DNA of 64,000 bases, taken from positions 2,649 to 66,648 of the forward strand of contig JAFUSH010000023.1 in the NCBI GenBank assembly GCA_017471705.1, written 5' to 3'. Below are positions 8,401 to 16,606 of the stretch, one piece after another (positions within the stretch are counted from its first letter, which is position 1; the number at the start of each line of letters is the position of its first letter). The DNA comes from Alphaproteobacteria bacterium (GTDB lineage Bacteria; Pseudomonadota; Alphaproteobacteria; RF32; CAG-239). The position numbers were made by a program, and so were the translations under genes. Under the pieces are notes generated by a model that had not been told where the DNA came from, ran no database searches, and saw nothing but the letters and a program-made list of their open reading frames with translations.

Positions 8401-9393
8401 GCTCCAATTCTCGAGTCCGCTCTCACGAGCAGCCTCAGAACCATTGGCGATGCCGTTGCTGCCGGTCAAAGAATAATCAAATGAACTTACATACTTGTCG
8501 TAAGGCTCGATGCCCTTGAACAAGTGGTTCAAGATGATCTCCTTATTCTCCACAACACGCTCTCCGCTCTTGTAGATACCTACGCGGTCGAAAGAACAAC
8601 GCTCGGTGAGCGTGTCAATCCAAACGCGGTTCTGGTTCTCGACCAGAACTTTCTCGAGGTCATCCTCAGACATCACGTAGCGGTCAGTGTATGCATACAC
8701 CGGAACCACGAAAGTCTTAGGATTCTCGATATTGGTCTCTTTGAGCGTCAGCCACGCCTTGTACTCAGTTTGGTACTCAGCGGACTTATAGAGAGCTCTG
8801 GTCATCGCACCCTTTGGGGTGTTAATCAGGTGAGCGAACTCACCCTTGACCAGCGTCAGGCTCGGGAAGTCGAAGATAGCATTGTCACCAAGTTTCACCT
8901 GCTTATTGGTGATGGTGACGGGAACAGAAAATATCTGTCCGTCTTCGAACCAGAAACGAAGCGTATCAAGCTCCGTTGTGGTGCGATCTTCCTCAAGCTT
9001 CTGCCCACGGATGAGCGTAGACGAAGTCGGCTTGATGTCGACCTGAGCGGGTGTGATGGCGTAGTCCTCACGAGCAAGCTCGCTATGGGCTTCCATCAAC
9101 GGACGCTCCTGATTGTCGTACAAAGCCGGCTCTATCTTATTGCCGCCCTCAGTTCTGTAGATCGTCAGTCCGCTGATCATATTGTCAGTGACCTTGATCT
9201 TATACACAGAGTCAAACTGATGGGTTAGACTGCTTTCATAGAGATAGCCCTTCACGATCCTGATTGTATCGGACTGCTGTACAGCCTGATCGGCTACTCT
9301 TTCATTGTCGCAGGAAATGGTTAATACACTTGCCACAACCAGCATAAGCACGGTCACGACGTTAACTAACACGTTAAACTTCTTAGTCTTCAT
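5470..9393 (-). CDS. large putative surface lipoprotein (1307 aa) with four tandem ~180-aa modules; higher G+C than its surroundings
   Basis: Start chosen at MKTKKFNVLVNVVTVLMLVVASVLTISC|DNE (signal peptide plus lipobox-like Cys). The track start at 9504 would add 37 aa. The repeat modules are at 5944..8097. Confidence 0.8.
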   Translation of the reverse strand: MKTKKFNVLVNVVTVLMLVVASVLTISCDNERVADQAVQQSDTIRIVKGYLYESSLTHQFDSVYKIKVTDNMISGLTIYRTEGGNKIEPALYDNQERPLMEAHSELAREDYAITPAQVDIKPTSSTLIRGQKLEEDRTTTELDTLRFWFEDGQIFSVPVTITNKQVKLGDNAIFDFPSLTLVKGEFAHLINTPKGAMTRALYKSAEYQTEYKAWLTLKETNIENPKTFVVPVYAYTDRYVMSEDDLEKVLVENQNRVWIDTLTERCSFDRVGIYKSGERVVENKEIILNHLFKGIEPYDKYVSSFDYSLTGSNGIANGSEAARESGLENWSVWGKTDKYNANVENGVSADKIVTDYSLYHEKAVYQDDSITVEFPFIAPEVSEIQTSVSAAQSDKATYKKAQVKNFISTSYLGGTQGLNELVNLYMKSKDIIGYDIINPKIVVLKDSVVADLDFVTKYEDGTESKVHDHFNGPRSLKCNTNWESVQEILSQFTDTTAVVNMSGSEEKTKGYWKYNNETRTISTYAHLYNGESKLNNWTSVVPNKVSYVREGKSYIFDVLPYNIKEQGASLSLRGDENGITVYDYKDLIEENFGGYVQNSTAPGVLKIAADAVVGYEIRNKVLTITNDNVNASCDFVTIFKSGNESTDKVSHDFPRSLVCTTDWKSTEENANETTAQPTAQLSASQNKSDDEWNWVEQTRSINASVTLNGSTQYNGWTAVDPNNIKFTRNGVTADFGTISHSTAKVTDNVTLKSTEGLTETYDYSNTISVSFGDNMQSTTAPGTIVVNKAKEVTGHEFRNKSLVITSSDVTASLVYVTMYNDGSEDTENVSKSFPRTLNCYTNWTVNETNASVLTNSANVSLQSSDAKTDGDWSYTAEKRNITTTAQLQNSNQINGWNALDPNNIKYTRNGETCDFGSINFNAAEAGQSVNVASETATLVTYSYTDDITVTFGDNVQTISAPGTINVAKAKEIVGYEITNQTLTVNQNDVTASLTFITKWSDGSEDSENISKVFARNFSVLTNWSSNEDNADQNTGSASVTLKNTESKTDGDWSYARETRGISTTATLNGSTQNNGWESIDPNNITFTRNGKTHSFGTISFSANETGASVNKKSETTEETVYDYTDNISVSFGSNSFASSAPGQIKVKVSAPWNPDFDHGKFTGCVFTTARNEQRNTWVYIASIHFEQGTLPVVIRQNANAPEVNEAYFETNTDSRLNSGTWIPSWGKWINTIATDSPDLMQWDTTEGANADNMAYPTATAWGWDYGYTVSGHPSVTTDKFSATISNDGYVLTIYKGSSVFATYKAAK
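5944..8097 (-). repeat. four tandem in-frame ~540-bp (177-181 aa) divergent repeats inside the lipoprotein gene
   Basis: Modules start with GY(D/E)I / GHEF and share FPR(S/T)L.C.T(N/D)W, NGW..(V/L/I)DPNNI.(F/Y)TRNG and APG(T/Q)I. Boundaries were verified at codons 8097, 7554, 7014 and 6474. Confidence 0.85.
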
Positions 9394-9631
9394 ATTCTTG
9401 AGTTTTAATTTATTATCTATGTAATATTTTGTCTTTGTTACCAGAGAATCCGCAAGGAACTTACACTTGAGAAAGTGAGTTATCCAAGCGGCAGCACAAT
9501 ACAAAAAATCACCTGCGAAATACGTTGTCTATAACGCATTTCTTAATAATTATTTTAATCCTTAGTGATTTCAGCTAATAAGTTAACACATCTTTTACCC
9601 TTTTGCAAGTAAAAAATGAACAAAATCGGAC

Positions 9632-9669
9632 AAAAAAACGGACCTTGAAATATTGTTTCAAAGTCCGTT
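9632..9669 (-). terminator. intrinsic terminator after the 584-aa gene
   Basis: Minus strand reads acggacTTTGAAacaatatTTCAAggtccgt followed by TTTTTTT. Confidence 0.7.
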
Positions 9670-9687
9670 CATCATTATATTTGAAAA

Positions 9688-11442
9688 TTATTCGTAGCGT
9701 CTGCTGGCCGTACTGTTATATTCGTTCAGCGAATTTTTAAGAGTAGGCTCAACCGCGGTTCTATCCGCATTTGAAGACGGAATCGGGAATACCTTCACTC
9801 CTCCGAAATCAACAGCCTGCGCCTCGATTTCTTTTTTCTTCTTTTCTACCTTGCGCTGACGCTCCGCTTCTGCAGCCGCTTCAGCCTTTGCCTTTTCATA
9901 CTCTTGCGCCGGATGATTGTACTTAATAATCGTACTTACATTCGGAGCTTGCGGTTCGCGCACTTCCGGTTTTACCGGTGTATACGGACTCTGCATAACC
10001 TTGTCCGCCGGAAGCATACTGAGCGGTACATACTGTCCGGTCGCCGGATTAAATTGATATTGCCCGTAAAGCGGAACGTACTGTCCGCGGTTAGCATCAT
10101 AAAAATACTGACCATACACCGGAATCTGATTCTGCGGCAGCATCGTTTGATTTGCCTGCGGCATCGGCGTCAGCAACGGAACCGTGGTTTGCGGCTGCGT
10201 TTGCGCCAACATAGCTGACATCAATTCATTATCCGTCGGCATAGTATCACTGACCGCAGAACCATAACTTCTGCGAGCAGTCGCCGCATATTGGAACGGT
10301 TCCTGATTAACAACGTTTTGCATAACCGTAACAGGTTGCGGAGCTGAAATTTGAGGTTGTTGAATCGGCTGAACCGCCATCGGTTGTGGCTGAGGCTGAG
10401 GTTGCGGTTGAAGTTGCGGCTGCACCCCGTTTTCCAAAACTTTTAACGGAACATATTGACCGGTATTGGAATCATATAAGTATTGACCGTATGTATTAAA
10501 ACCGCTTTGCATTGCCGGAGCCGTAAGATGCACCGGCTCAACCTTTTTAACATCTTCTTCAATCTTTTTCAACACCGGTTCGCTTTCCTTTGCTTCGGTT
10601 ACAACGGCTTCACTTTTCTGTATCTCTGTAACAATCGGCTTCGGCTGTTCCACCGGAATTTCCTCTATGGTTTCTTCTACCGTTTCTTCTATTTTCGGTT
10701 CTAACGGCTTAATTTCAAAATCTTTAGCCTCAATAGATATGTCATTCGGAAGGCGCAAAATCATATATCCGGAACCGCCGCCAAACGCCGGTCCCGATAA
10801 ACCGATAGAATAATATCCGCCGATATAACCGTAATCCAAATCAATGTAGTCAATGGCAAACATTGTAGAAATCGTGGTATTGCCGACAGTGGTCATTTTG
10901 CAGCTGTAACCGTTGTCTTCCATAATTACATTATTGACATTTTTAACATACAACAGATTTTTACTCGGGCGGCATACCGGAGTCTGCCCATTATACGAAA
11001 CGCCCCAATTAAGTAACAAATTAAGCGCCATAGTATTTTGCTGACTGATTGAAACATCGGCGATTTTGACATCATCAATATACAAGTAAGCCGGAGTTAC
11101 GCCAACCTTAATCGGAACCGTCACAAACTCTTCGGTGCAAGCGTGTGTATTGGCATTTCCCTGACAAACCAACGCTTTTTGACGGGCATTACTGTCAAAC
11201 ATATGCAATAACGTATTGTAAATATACTCTTTTGCCATCGACAAACGCGCCGGCGCACATTGTTTTGCGCGGCATACTATAATAGATTGCGGCATTTTCA
11301 ACCGAGGGCGAATTGCATCCGTAGGACGTGCCTGACGCTGTGCCTTATATTGTTCTTCAGGCGACATTTCCTGCGCGTTCACAGGCAGACTATGCAGCCC
11401 GATTAAACAAATTGCGGTAAATATTCCTAATTTTTTTATCAT
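9688..11442 (-). CDS. secreted protein with Pro/Gln-rich linker and GQYVPL repeats
   Basis: 584 aa with signal peptide MIKKLGIFTAICLIGLHSLPVNAQE. Contains a (QP)n run and three G/YGQY.(Y/F)..(N/A).GQYVPL motifs. No family recognised. Confidence 0.7.
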   Translation of the reverse strand: MIKKLGIFTAICLIGLHSLPVNAQEMSPEEQYKAQRQARPTDAIRPRLKMPQSIIVCRAKQCAPARLSMAKEYIYNTLLHMFDSNARQKALVCQGNANTHACTEEFVTVPIKVGVTPAYLYIDDVKIADVSISQQNTMALNLLLNWGVSYNGQTPVCRPSKNLLYVKNVNNVIMEDNGYSCKMTTVGNTTISTMFAIDYIDLDYGYIGGYYSIGLSGPAFGGGSGYMILRLPNDISIEAKDFEIKPLEPKIEETVEETIEEIPVEQPKPIVTEIQKSEAVVTEAKESEPVLKKIEEDVKKVEPVHLTAPAMQSGFNTYGQYLYDSNTGQYVPLKVLENGVQPQLQPQPQPQPQPMAVQPIQQPQISAPQPVTVMQNVVNQEPFQYAATARRSYGSAVSDTMPTDNELMSAMLAQTQPQTTVPLLTPMPQANQTMLPQNQIPVYGQYFYDANRGQYVPLYGQYQFNPATGQYVPLSMLPADKVMQSPYTPVKPEVREPQAPNVSTIIKYNHPAQEYEKAKAEAAAEAERQRKVEKKKKEIEAQAVDFGGVKVFPIPSSNADRTAVEPTLKNSLNEYNSTASRRYE

Positions 11443-11569
11443 CGCGATACCTTCAAAAATTAACTATAGTTCTTTAGGCTACAATAACAATATTGTATGA
11501 ATGAAAAGTAAATAAATTTATGATTGCGCAATTTTTTTTTAAACGCTACATTAAAAACAGGTGAAAAAT

Positions 11570-12058
11570 ATGAAATTAAATTTATGTTTTGGCATTATAT
11601 CCGTTGTTTTATATGCTTTATCCGTTCAAGCCGAAACGGTTAGAGTAGCCGACGGCGATTCGCTTGAAATAGGAGAACGCCGCATTCGCTTAGACGGTAT
11701 AGATGCTCCGGAATTTACCCAAATCTGCCAAACATCGGACGGAAAAAATTATAACTGCGGCATAGAGGCTTTGCATTATTTGGAAAGTCTGACAGCCGGC
11801 AAAGATATAAATTGCCGTTGTTTGCCGGAAAAAGACCGTTATCATCGGGAACTTTGCGAATGTTTTGCCGATAATTTATCTTTAAACAAAGCAATGACGG
11901 AAGCCGGTTGGGCGGTAGCTTACCGTGATAAAACCTACTTGCCGGCAGAAAAAAGCGCAAAACAAAATAAACGGGGAATTTGGCAAGGAAAAAATATGCG
12001 TCCGGCGATATACCGCATTTTGCACGAGGCAGAACAACAAACTAAAACTGCTCCTTAA
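11570..12058 (+). CDS. thermonuclease (staphylococcal nuclease-like) family protein
   Basis: Signal peptide followed by VRVADGDSLEIGERRIRLDGIDAPE, which resembles the SNase motif. ATG 11570 preferred over GTG 11561. Confidence 0.7.
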   Translation: MKLNLCFGIISVVLYALSVQAETVRVADGDSLEIGERRIRLDGIDAPEFTQICQTSDGKNYNCGIEALHYLESLTAGKDINCRCLPEKDRYHRELCECFADNLSLNKAMTEAGWAVAYRDKTYLPAEKSAKQNKRGIWQGKNMRPAIYRILHEAEQQTKTAP

Positions 12059-13283
12059 TCCATTCGGAAATATCCGGATTTTTATTTAAGGCAAACACTT
12101 CATTTAAATAAGCATCCACCAGAATTTTACGCGCCTCATCTTCACTTATCCCCCGCGCTTGCATATAAAAAATCTGCTCTTTATCCAAATCTCCGCTTGA
12201 AGCTCCGTGCGAACATTTCACATCATCGGCAAAAACTTCCAATTCCGGCTTACAGTCAATTTCCGCGCCGTCATTCAAAAGCAATGCGCGGTGAAGCTGA
12301 TGACCTTCGCATTGCTGAGCGTCGGGAGCAATATGAATCTGCCCTTGAAACACCCCTTTAGCCCGAACCTTTGCCACTCCTTTAACCAACTGATTCGAAT
12401 ACGTGTGCGGAGACAAATGGCGGATATTAGTGGTTATATCGCAAACCTGTTCCGTTTCGCTTAATTTATAAACTCCGTTGATTTCTGCCGCAGCACCGCT
12501 TTGCAGCAAACGGACATAACTTTCGTAACGTGAAAATTTACAGGTTCCGTTAGCGCAAAATGCCGAATAATTTCCGCCTGATTTAACCTGAACGCTGTTC
12601 AGAGATATATGATGAGCTGATTTTGCCTCGTTCTGCCAAACATAATGATTCAGTTCGGCATTATTGCCGACAAATATTTCATTAACGACATTTTGCGTAT
12701 ATACGGCATTTTCCTCCGCGCAAAAATGTTCAATTACCGTTGCTTTTGCCCCGTTTTCCGCAACTACCGTATTGCGTATATTGCATAAACGATTTTTGTC
12801 GGCTGAATTATGATACTTAATATATAATGGTTCCGATAAAACCGTTCCGCGTTCTATCAGTATGAATAAACCCTGCTCCAGATAGGCGCCGTTTAAAGCC
12901 GCAAACGGAAAGTCATCCGGATTGAATGACTTATTCAGATAAGATTTTATATCTCCGTCGTAAACAGCTTCGATTAAAGATTTAATCACCACACCATTCG
13001 GCAAATTCCAATCTTCAATATGTAATTTTCCGTTGCAATACCTTATCTGCAGAGCATTAAACGGCAATTTATCATTGCTGTGACAGTGACCTTCGCATTT
13101 TATAGGTTCGTTGTCAATTACGGGATTTTGCATATCATCTTGTTTAAAATACGAAAATCGCCAATCTTCGGTTTTAGAATCGGGCAAACCTCTTTTTTCA
13201 AAAGAAATCCGATTTTTTTCGCGCAGACCGCTTAAATAAGGAATGTCATCGCCCCACAGATTTATGTTTTGCAGCAAACTCAT
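12042..13283 (-). CDS. sufD: Fe-S cluster assembly protein SufD
   Basis: 413 aa; the C-terminal part (LLLNDGAEIDCKPELEVFADDVKCSHGASSGDLDKEQIFYMQARGI) is SufB/D-like; directly follows sufC. Confidence 0.9.
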   Translation of the reverse strand: MSLLQNINLWGDDIPYLSGLREKNRISFEKRGLPDSKTEDWRFSYFKQDDMQNPVIDNEPIKCEGHCHSNDKLPFNALQIRYCNGKLHIEDWNLPNGVVIKSLIEAVYDGDIKSYLNKSFNPDDFPFAALNGAYLEQGLFILIERGTVLSEPLYIKYHNSADKNRLCNIRNTVVAENGAKATVIEHFCAEENAVYTQNVVNEIFVGNNAELNHYVWQNEAKSAHHISLNSVQVKSGGNYSAFCANGTCKFSRYESYVRLLQSGAAAEINGVYKLSETEQVCDITTNIRHLSPHTYSNQLVKGVAKVRAKGVFQGQIHIAPDAQQCEGHQLHRALLLNDGAEIDCKPELEVFADDVKCSHGASSGDLDKEQIFYMQARGISEDEARKILVDAYLNEVFALNKNPDISEWIKEQF

Positions 13284-13286
13284 ATC

Positions 13287-14048
13287 TCATTCTTCCAAGT
13301 AATTTTTATAACCGTTTGCCTCCAAATCTTCGGCCAGTTGCATTGAGCCGGACTTAACTATATGACCGTCCGCATAAATATGAACAAAATCCGGTCTGAT
13401 ATAATTCAGCAAATCTAAATGATGAGTGATGATGAGCAACGCATTATTCTGATTATGCCATTTATTAACGCCCTCAGCCACCGTGCGTAAAGCATCAATA
13501 TCCAAACCGGAATCCGCTTCGTCCAGAATTGCCAACTTTGGTTGCAGCAAACTCAGTTGCAGAATCTCCAAACGCTTTTTTTCGCCGCCGGAAAAGCCGA
13601 CATTTATCTCGCGCTTTAACATTTCCGAGCTTATGTTAAATTCCTTTGCCGCACCGCGTATAAGCTTTAAAAATTCCGCAGCGTCAAGTTCCGGCAAACC
13701 TTTATATTTGCGCTGAGCATTTATTGCGTGTTTTAAAAAATTGTTAGTGGTAACTCCGGTAATTGCCACCGGATATTGCATACTTAAAAACAAACCTTCG
13801 CAAGCGCGTTCATTAGGGGCAAGCCGTAACAAATCTTTATCGTTAAAAAACACTTCTCCCGATGTAACTTCATAATCAGGCTTACCGGTCAAAACGTAAG
13901 AAAGCGTAGATTTTCCGGCACCGTTCGGCCCCATTACGGCGTGAATTTCTCCGGCTTTAATTTCTAAATTCAGACCTTTAATAATTTCCTTTTCATCTTC
14001 AGCTATGCCGGCATATAAATTCTTTATTTGCAACAAAACATCTGACAT
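13287..14048 (-). CDS. sufC: Fe-S cluster assembly ATPase SufC
   Basis: 253 aa; Walker A GPNGAGKST, ABC signature FSGGEKKR, Walker B LAILDEADSGLD. Confidence 0.95.
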   Translation of the reverse strand: MSDVLLQIKNLYAGIAEDEKEIIKGLNLEIKAGEIHAVMGPNGAGKSTLSYVLTGKPDYEVTSGEVFFNDKDLLRLAPNERACEGLFLSMQYPVAITGVTTNNFLKHAINAQRKYKGLPELDAAEFLKLIRGAAKEFNISSEMLKREINVGFSGGEKKRLEILQLSLLQPKLAILDEADSGLDIDALRTVAEGVNKWHNQNNALLIITHHLDLLNYIRPDFVHIYADGHIVKSGSMQLAEDLEANGYKNYLEE

Positions 14049-14345
14049 TTATTTTTCCTTTTTTTCCCATTCATCCAAACGCTTGGCAATCATTTTTAAC
14101 TTTTCCGCCTTATACTCATTGACCTGCTTTTCTATATCATAGCAATATTTGAGTTGACCGAGCATAATTTCCACATCGGCGGTTTCTTCGATAATTTCCG
14201 CAACATTATCTTTTTTACGATTAACATTTTTGAGTATTTCCTTAATCAATTCGCTCATTTCCTCAATAACCTGCAGCATTTGCGGCTCTTTACCCCAAAC
14301 TCTGATTGTGCGTTCATACAATTTCTGCTCATCTATATCACTCAT
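14049..14345 (-). CDS. MazG-like nucleotide pyrophosphohydrolase domain protein (98 aa)
   Basis: EEMSELIKE ... EETADVEIML resembles the EExxE...ExxD all-alpha NTP-PPase pattern. Its stop abuts the sufC start. Confidence 0.6.
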   Translation of the reverse strand: MSDIDEQKLYERTIRVWGKEPQMLQVIEEMSELIKEILKNVNRKKDNVAEIIEETADVEIMLGQLKYCYDIEKQVNEYKAEKLKMIAKRLDEWEKKEK

Positions 14346-14450
14346 CCTACGTTTCCTCCCCAGACATCATTCTGAACCCCGAATTTATGACGATGTCAAC
14401 ATTCATCCTACGCTTCCTTCCCAGACGTCATTCTGAACCCCGAATTTATG
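14342..14450. repeat. two tandem 61-bp-period repeats carrying copies of the sufB 3' end / RBS-ATGA junction plus an element end
   Basis: The string tcatcctacg(t/c)ttcct(c/t)cccagac(a/g)tcattctgaaccccgaatttatg occurs at 14342..14389 and 14403..14450. Confidence 0.9.
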
Positions 14451-14814
14451 TGAGGGGGGAAGAATCCAGTTCTAATATTCAAAACAAATCCCAATATAAA
14501 TCACTCCATTCTTTATTATCTGATTCTATCAATTTAATTTTTCTTTCTCGTCTCCAGCCTTTTAAGATTTTTTCTCGTTTAATAGCTTCTGTTATATCAT
14601 CAAAAATTTCATAGTAAACCAACATTTTAACATTATATTTCTTAGTAAATCCCTCGTATAATTCCATTTTATGTTCATACACTCTCTTAGTCAAATTTGA
14701 AGTTACACCCACATAAAGAGTACCGTTTCGTCTACTTGCCAATATATAAACATATCCCGCCATTTACATCTCTTTTATTTTATGGATTCTTCGGGCAAAT
14801 GCCCTCAGAATGAC
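14427..14814 (-). mobile_element. small GIY-YIG gene cassette bounded by imperfect terminal inverted repeats
   Basis: Left end is GTCATTCTGAaccccgaatttatgtgaggggGGAAGAATCC (14427..14467). Right end is GGATTCTTCgggcaaatgcccTCAGAATGAC (14784..14814). Flanked by a direct repeat aacattcatcc(t/c)acgcttccttcc at 14398..14421 and 14821..14844. Confidence 0.65.
14479..14763 (-). CDS. GIY-YIG nuclease family protein (94 aa, COG2827-like)
   Basis: YVYILASRRNGTLYVGVTSNLTKRVYEHK is a GIY-YIG signature. Confidence 0.9.
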   Translation of the reverse strand: MAGYVYILASRRNGTLYVGVTSNLTKRVYEHKMELYEGFTKKYNVKMLVYYEIFDDITEAIKREKILKGWRRERKIKLIESDNKEWSDLYWDLF

Positions 14815-14825
14815 AATATTAACAT

Positions 14826-16271
14826 TCATCCCACGCTTCCTTCCAAGCTTATATTTATCAATTTAGCAGCTTCTATGGCAAATTCCATCGGCAATTTTTG
14901 CATAACTTCTTTGCAAAATCCGTTTACAATCAATCCCACCGCTTCTTCGGCGCTTAAACCGCGTTGCATACAGTAAAACAATTGCTCTTCGCTAATTTTG
15001 GAAGTTGTCGCCTCGTGTTCCAAAATCGCTGATTTGTTACGATTTCTGATATACGGAACCGTATGCGAACCGCAGGTCGAACCTATAAGCAAACTGTCGC
15101 ACTGCGAATAGTTACGCGCCTTATCGGCATTTGAAGCAACATCTACCAAACCGCGGTATGTCTGGTTGGAAAATCCGGCGGAAATACCTTTGGATATTAT
15201 TTTAGAACGGGTATTTTTACCCAAATGAACCATTTTTGTGCCGGTATCGGCCTGTTGTTTATTATTGGTTATCGCCACCGAATAAAATTCGCCCGACGAA
15301 TTATCGCCTTGCAACACACAAGACGGATATTTCCAAGTTACCGCCGAACCGGTTTCCACTTGCGTCCACGAAATTTTAGAATTAACACCTCGGCAAACCG
15401 CTCGTTTGGTCACAAAATTGTAAACCCCGCCTTTACCGTCCTTATCCCCCGGATACCAATTCTGCACTGTCGAATATTTAACTTCGGCATTATTCATAAC
15501 CACAATCTCGACGATTGCCGCGTGAAGCTGATTTTCATCTCGCTGCGGTGCCGTGCAGCCTTCTAAATAAGAAACATAACTGTCATCTTCCGCCACAATC
15601 AAAGTGCGCTCGAACTGTCCGGTATTTTTGGCATTAATCCGGAAATAAGTGGAAAGCTCCAAAGGAGATTTTACACCTTTTGGAATATACACAAAAGACC
15701 CGTCGGTAAACACTGCCGAGTTAAGACAGGCGTAAAAATTATCGGTATACGGCACCACCGAACCCAAATATTTCTGCACCAAGTCAGGATGCTTCTGCAC
15801 AGCCTCCGATATAGAGCAGAATATAATTCCCTGCTCTGCCAATTTTGCGCGATAGGTAGTTGCCACCGAAACACTGTCAAACACGGCATCAACCGCAACC
15901 ACACCGGCAAGAGCTTCCTGTTCTTTAAGAGGTATCCCCAATTTATTGTAAGTTTCAAGCAAATTTTTATCTACTTCTTCAAGACTTTTCGGTTTAACTT
16001 TTTGCACCGGTGCCGAATAATAGCGCAAAGCCTGAAAATCAACCTCATCATACTTAAGCTTTGCCCAATGCGGCTCACTCATCGTTAACCAATGGCGATA
16101 TGCTTTTAAACGCCTGTCCAACAACCATTGAGGTTCATTTTTCTTGGCTGAAATCAAGCGGATAATATCTTCATTTAAGCCGCAAGGAGCCGCATCGGAT
16201 TCGATATCGGTCACAAATCCGTATTTATACTTATCACCGCTGAAATCTGCTATTTGAGGTTTTTCCGCCAT
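14826..16271 (-). CDS. sufB: Fe-S cluster assembly protein SufB
   Basis: 481 aa; typical SufB sequence ending ...ISLEGSVG. Confidence 0.95.
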   Translation of the reverse strand: MAEKPQIADFSGDKYKYGFVTDIESDAAPCGLNEDIIRLISAKKNEPQWLLDRRLKAYRHWLTMSEPHWAKLKYDEVDFQALRYYSAPVQKVKPKSLEEVDKNLLETYNKLGIPLKEQEALAGVVAVDAVFDSVSVATTYRAKLAEQGIIFCSISEAVQKHPDLVQKYLGSVVPYTDNFYACLNSAVFTDGSFVYIPKGVKSPLELSTYFRINAKNTGQFERTLIVAEDDSYVSYLEGCTAPQRDENQLHAAIVEIVVMNNAEVKYSTVQNWYPGDKDGKGGVYNFVTKRAVCRGVNSKISWTQVETGSAVTWKYPSCVLQGDNSSGEFYSVAITNNKQQADTGTKMVHLGKNTRSKIISKGISAGFSNQTYRGLVDVASNADKARNYSQCDSLLIGSTCGSHTVPYIRNRNKSAILEHEATTSKISEEQLFYCMQRGLSAEEAVGLIVNGFCKEVMQKLPMEFAIEAAKLINISLEGSVG

Positions 16272-16358
16272 ATTTATTTCCCGTTTTATTCTGGCGGTAT
16301 CATAACAATTTAAAGCAAAAAATCAAGTCGATTATTATAATATAACAGAGAACTCTGC

Positions 16359-16583
16359 TTATTTAATTATTACATTAACCTTTTTACCGTAAAAATCCAT
16401 AAGCTTACGCAAAGAATCATATTCCATAAATTTACCGAGTTCCATCCCATCGATGATTTTGCTCGGAATACCCGTGCTTGAGGCAACATTATTTATGTAT
16501 AAATGTTTTTCGTGACGAGCCTGCCATAATGCCTGCCCGATTTCTGATTTTGTTTGTGCATCAAATAAATAACTTTTTACCAT
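16359..16583 (-). CDS. small XRE-type helix-turn-helix protein (74 aa), paralogue of 58706..58930
   Basis: IGQALWQARHEKHLYINNVASSTGIPSKIIDGMELGK fits an HTH_XRE pattern. It is 67/74 identical to the second copy. SD is GGGAG. Confidence 0.8.
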   Translation of the reverse strand: MVKSYLFDAQTKSEIGQALWQARHEKHLYINNVASSTGIPSKIIDGMELGKFMEYDSLRKLMDFYGKKVNVIIK

Positions 16584-16606
16584 AGTTTTAAACTCCCTGA
16601 TTTGTT

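Noticed and set aside
5578-9228. Several long ORFs on the plus strand or in alternative frames (5578..6006, 7009..7552, 7816..8235, 8524..9228 and others) inside the giant lipoprotein gene
   Set aside because: They lie antisense to or out of frame with a continuous 1307-codon ORF that has a signal peptide and an in-frame repeat architecture. Their existence is explained by the locally higher G+C, which gives fewer stop codons.
5447-9633. Interpreting the two higher-G+C islets as metagenomic mis-assembly (chimeric contig)
   Set aside because: This cannot be excluded without reads. However, both islets are single-gene-scale inserts cleanly bounded by host-like terminators, intergenic DNA and host genes on both sides. 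That pattern is more typical of horizontal transfer than of a chimeric join.
14342-14450. The tandem 61-bp repeats as a possible CRISPR array
   Set aside because: There are only two units, contiguous and without unique spacers. The units contain a copy of the sufB 3' end and an element end, and no cas genes are present.
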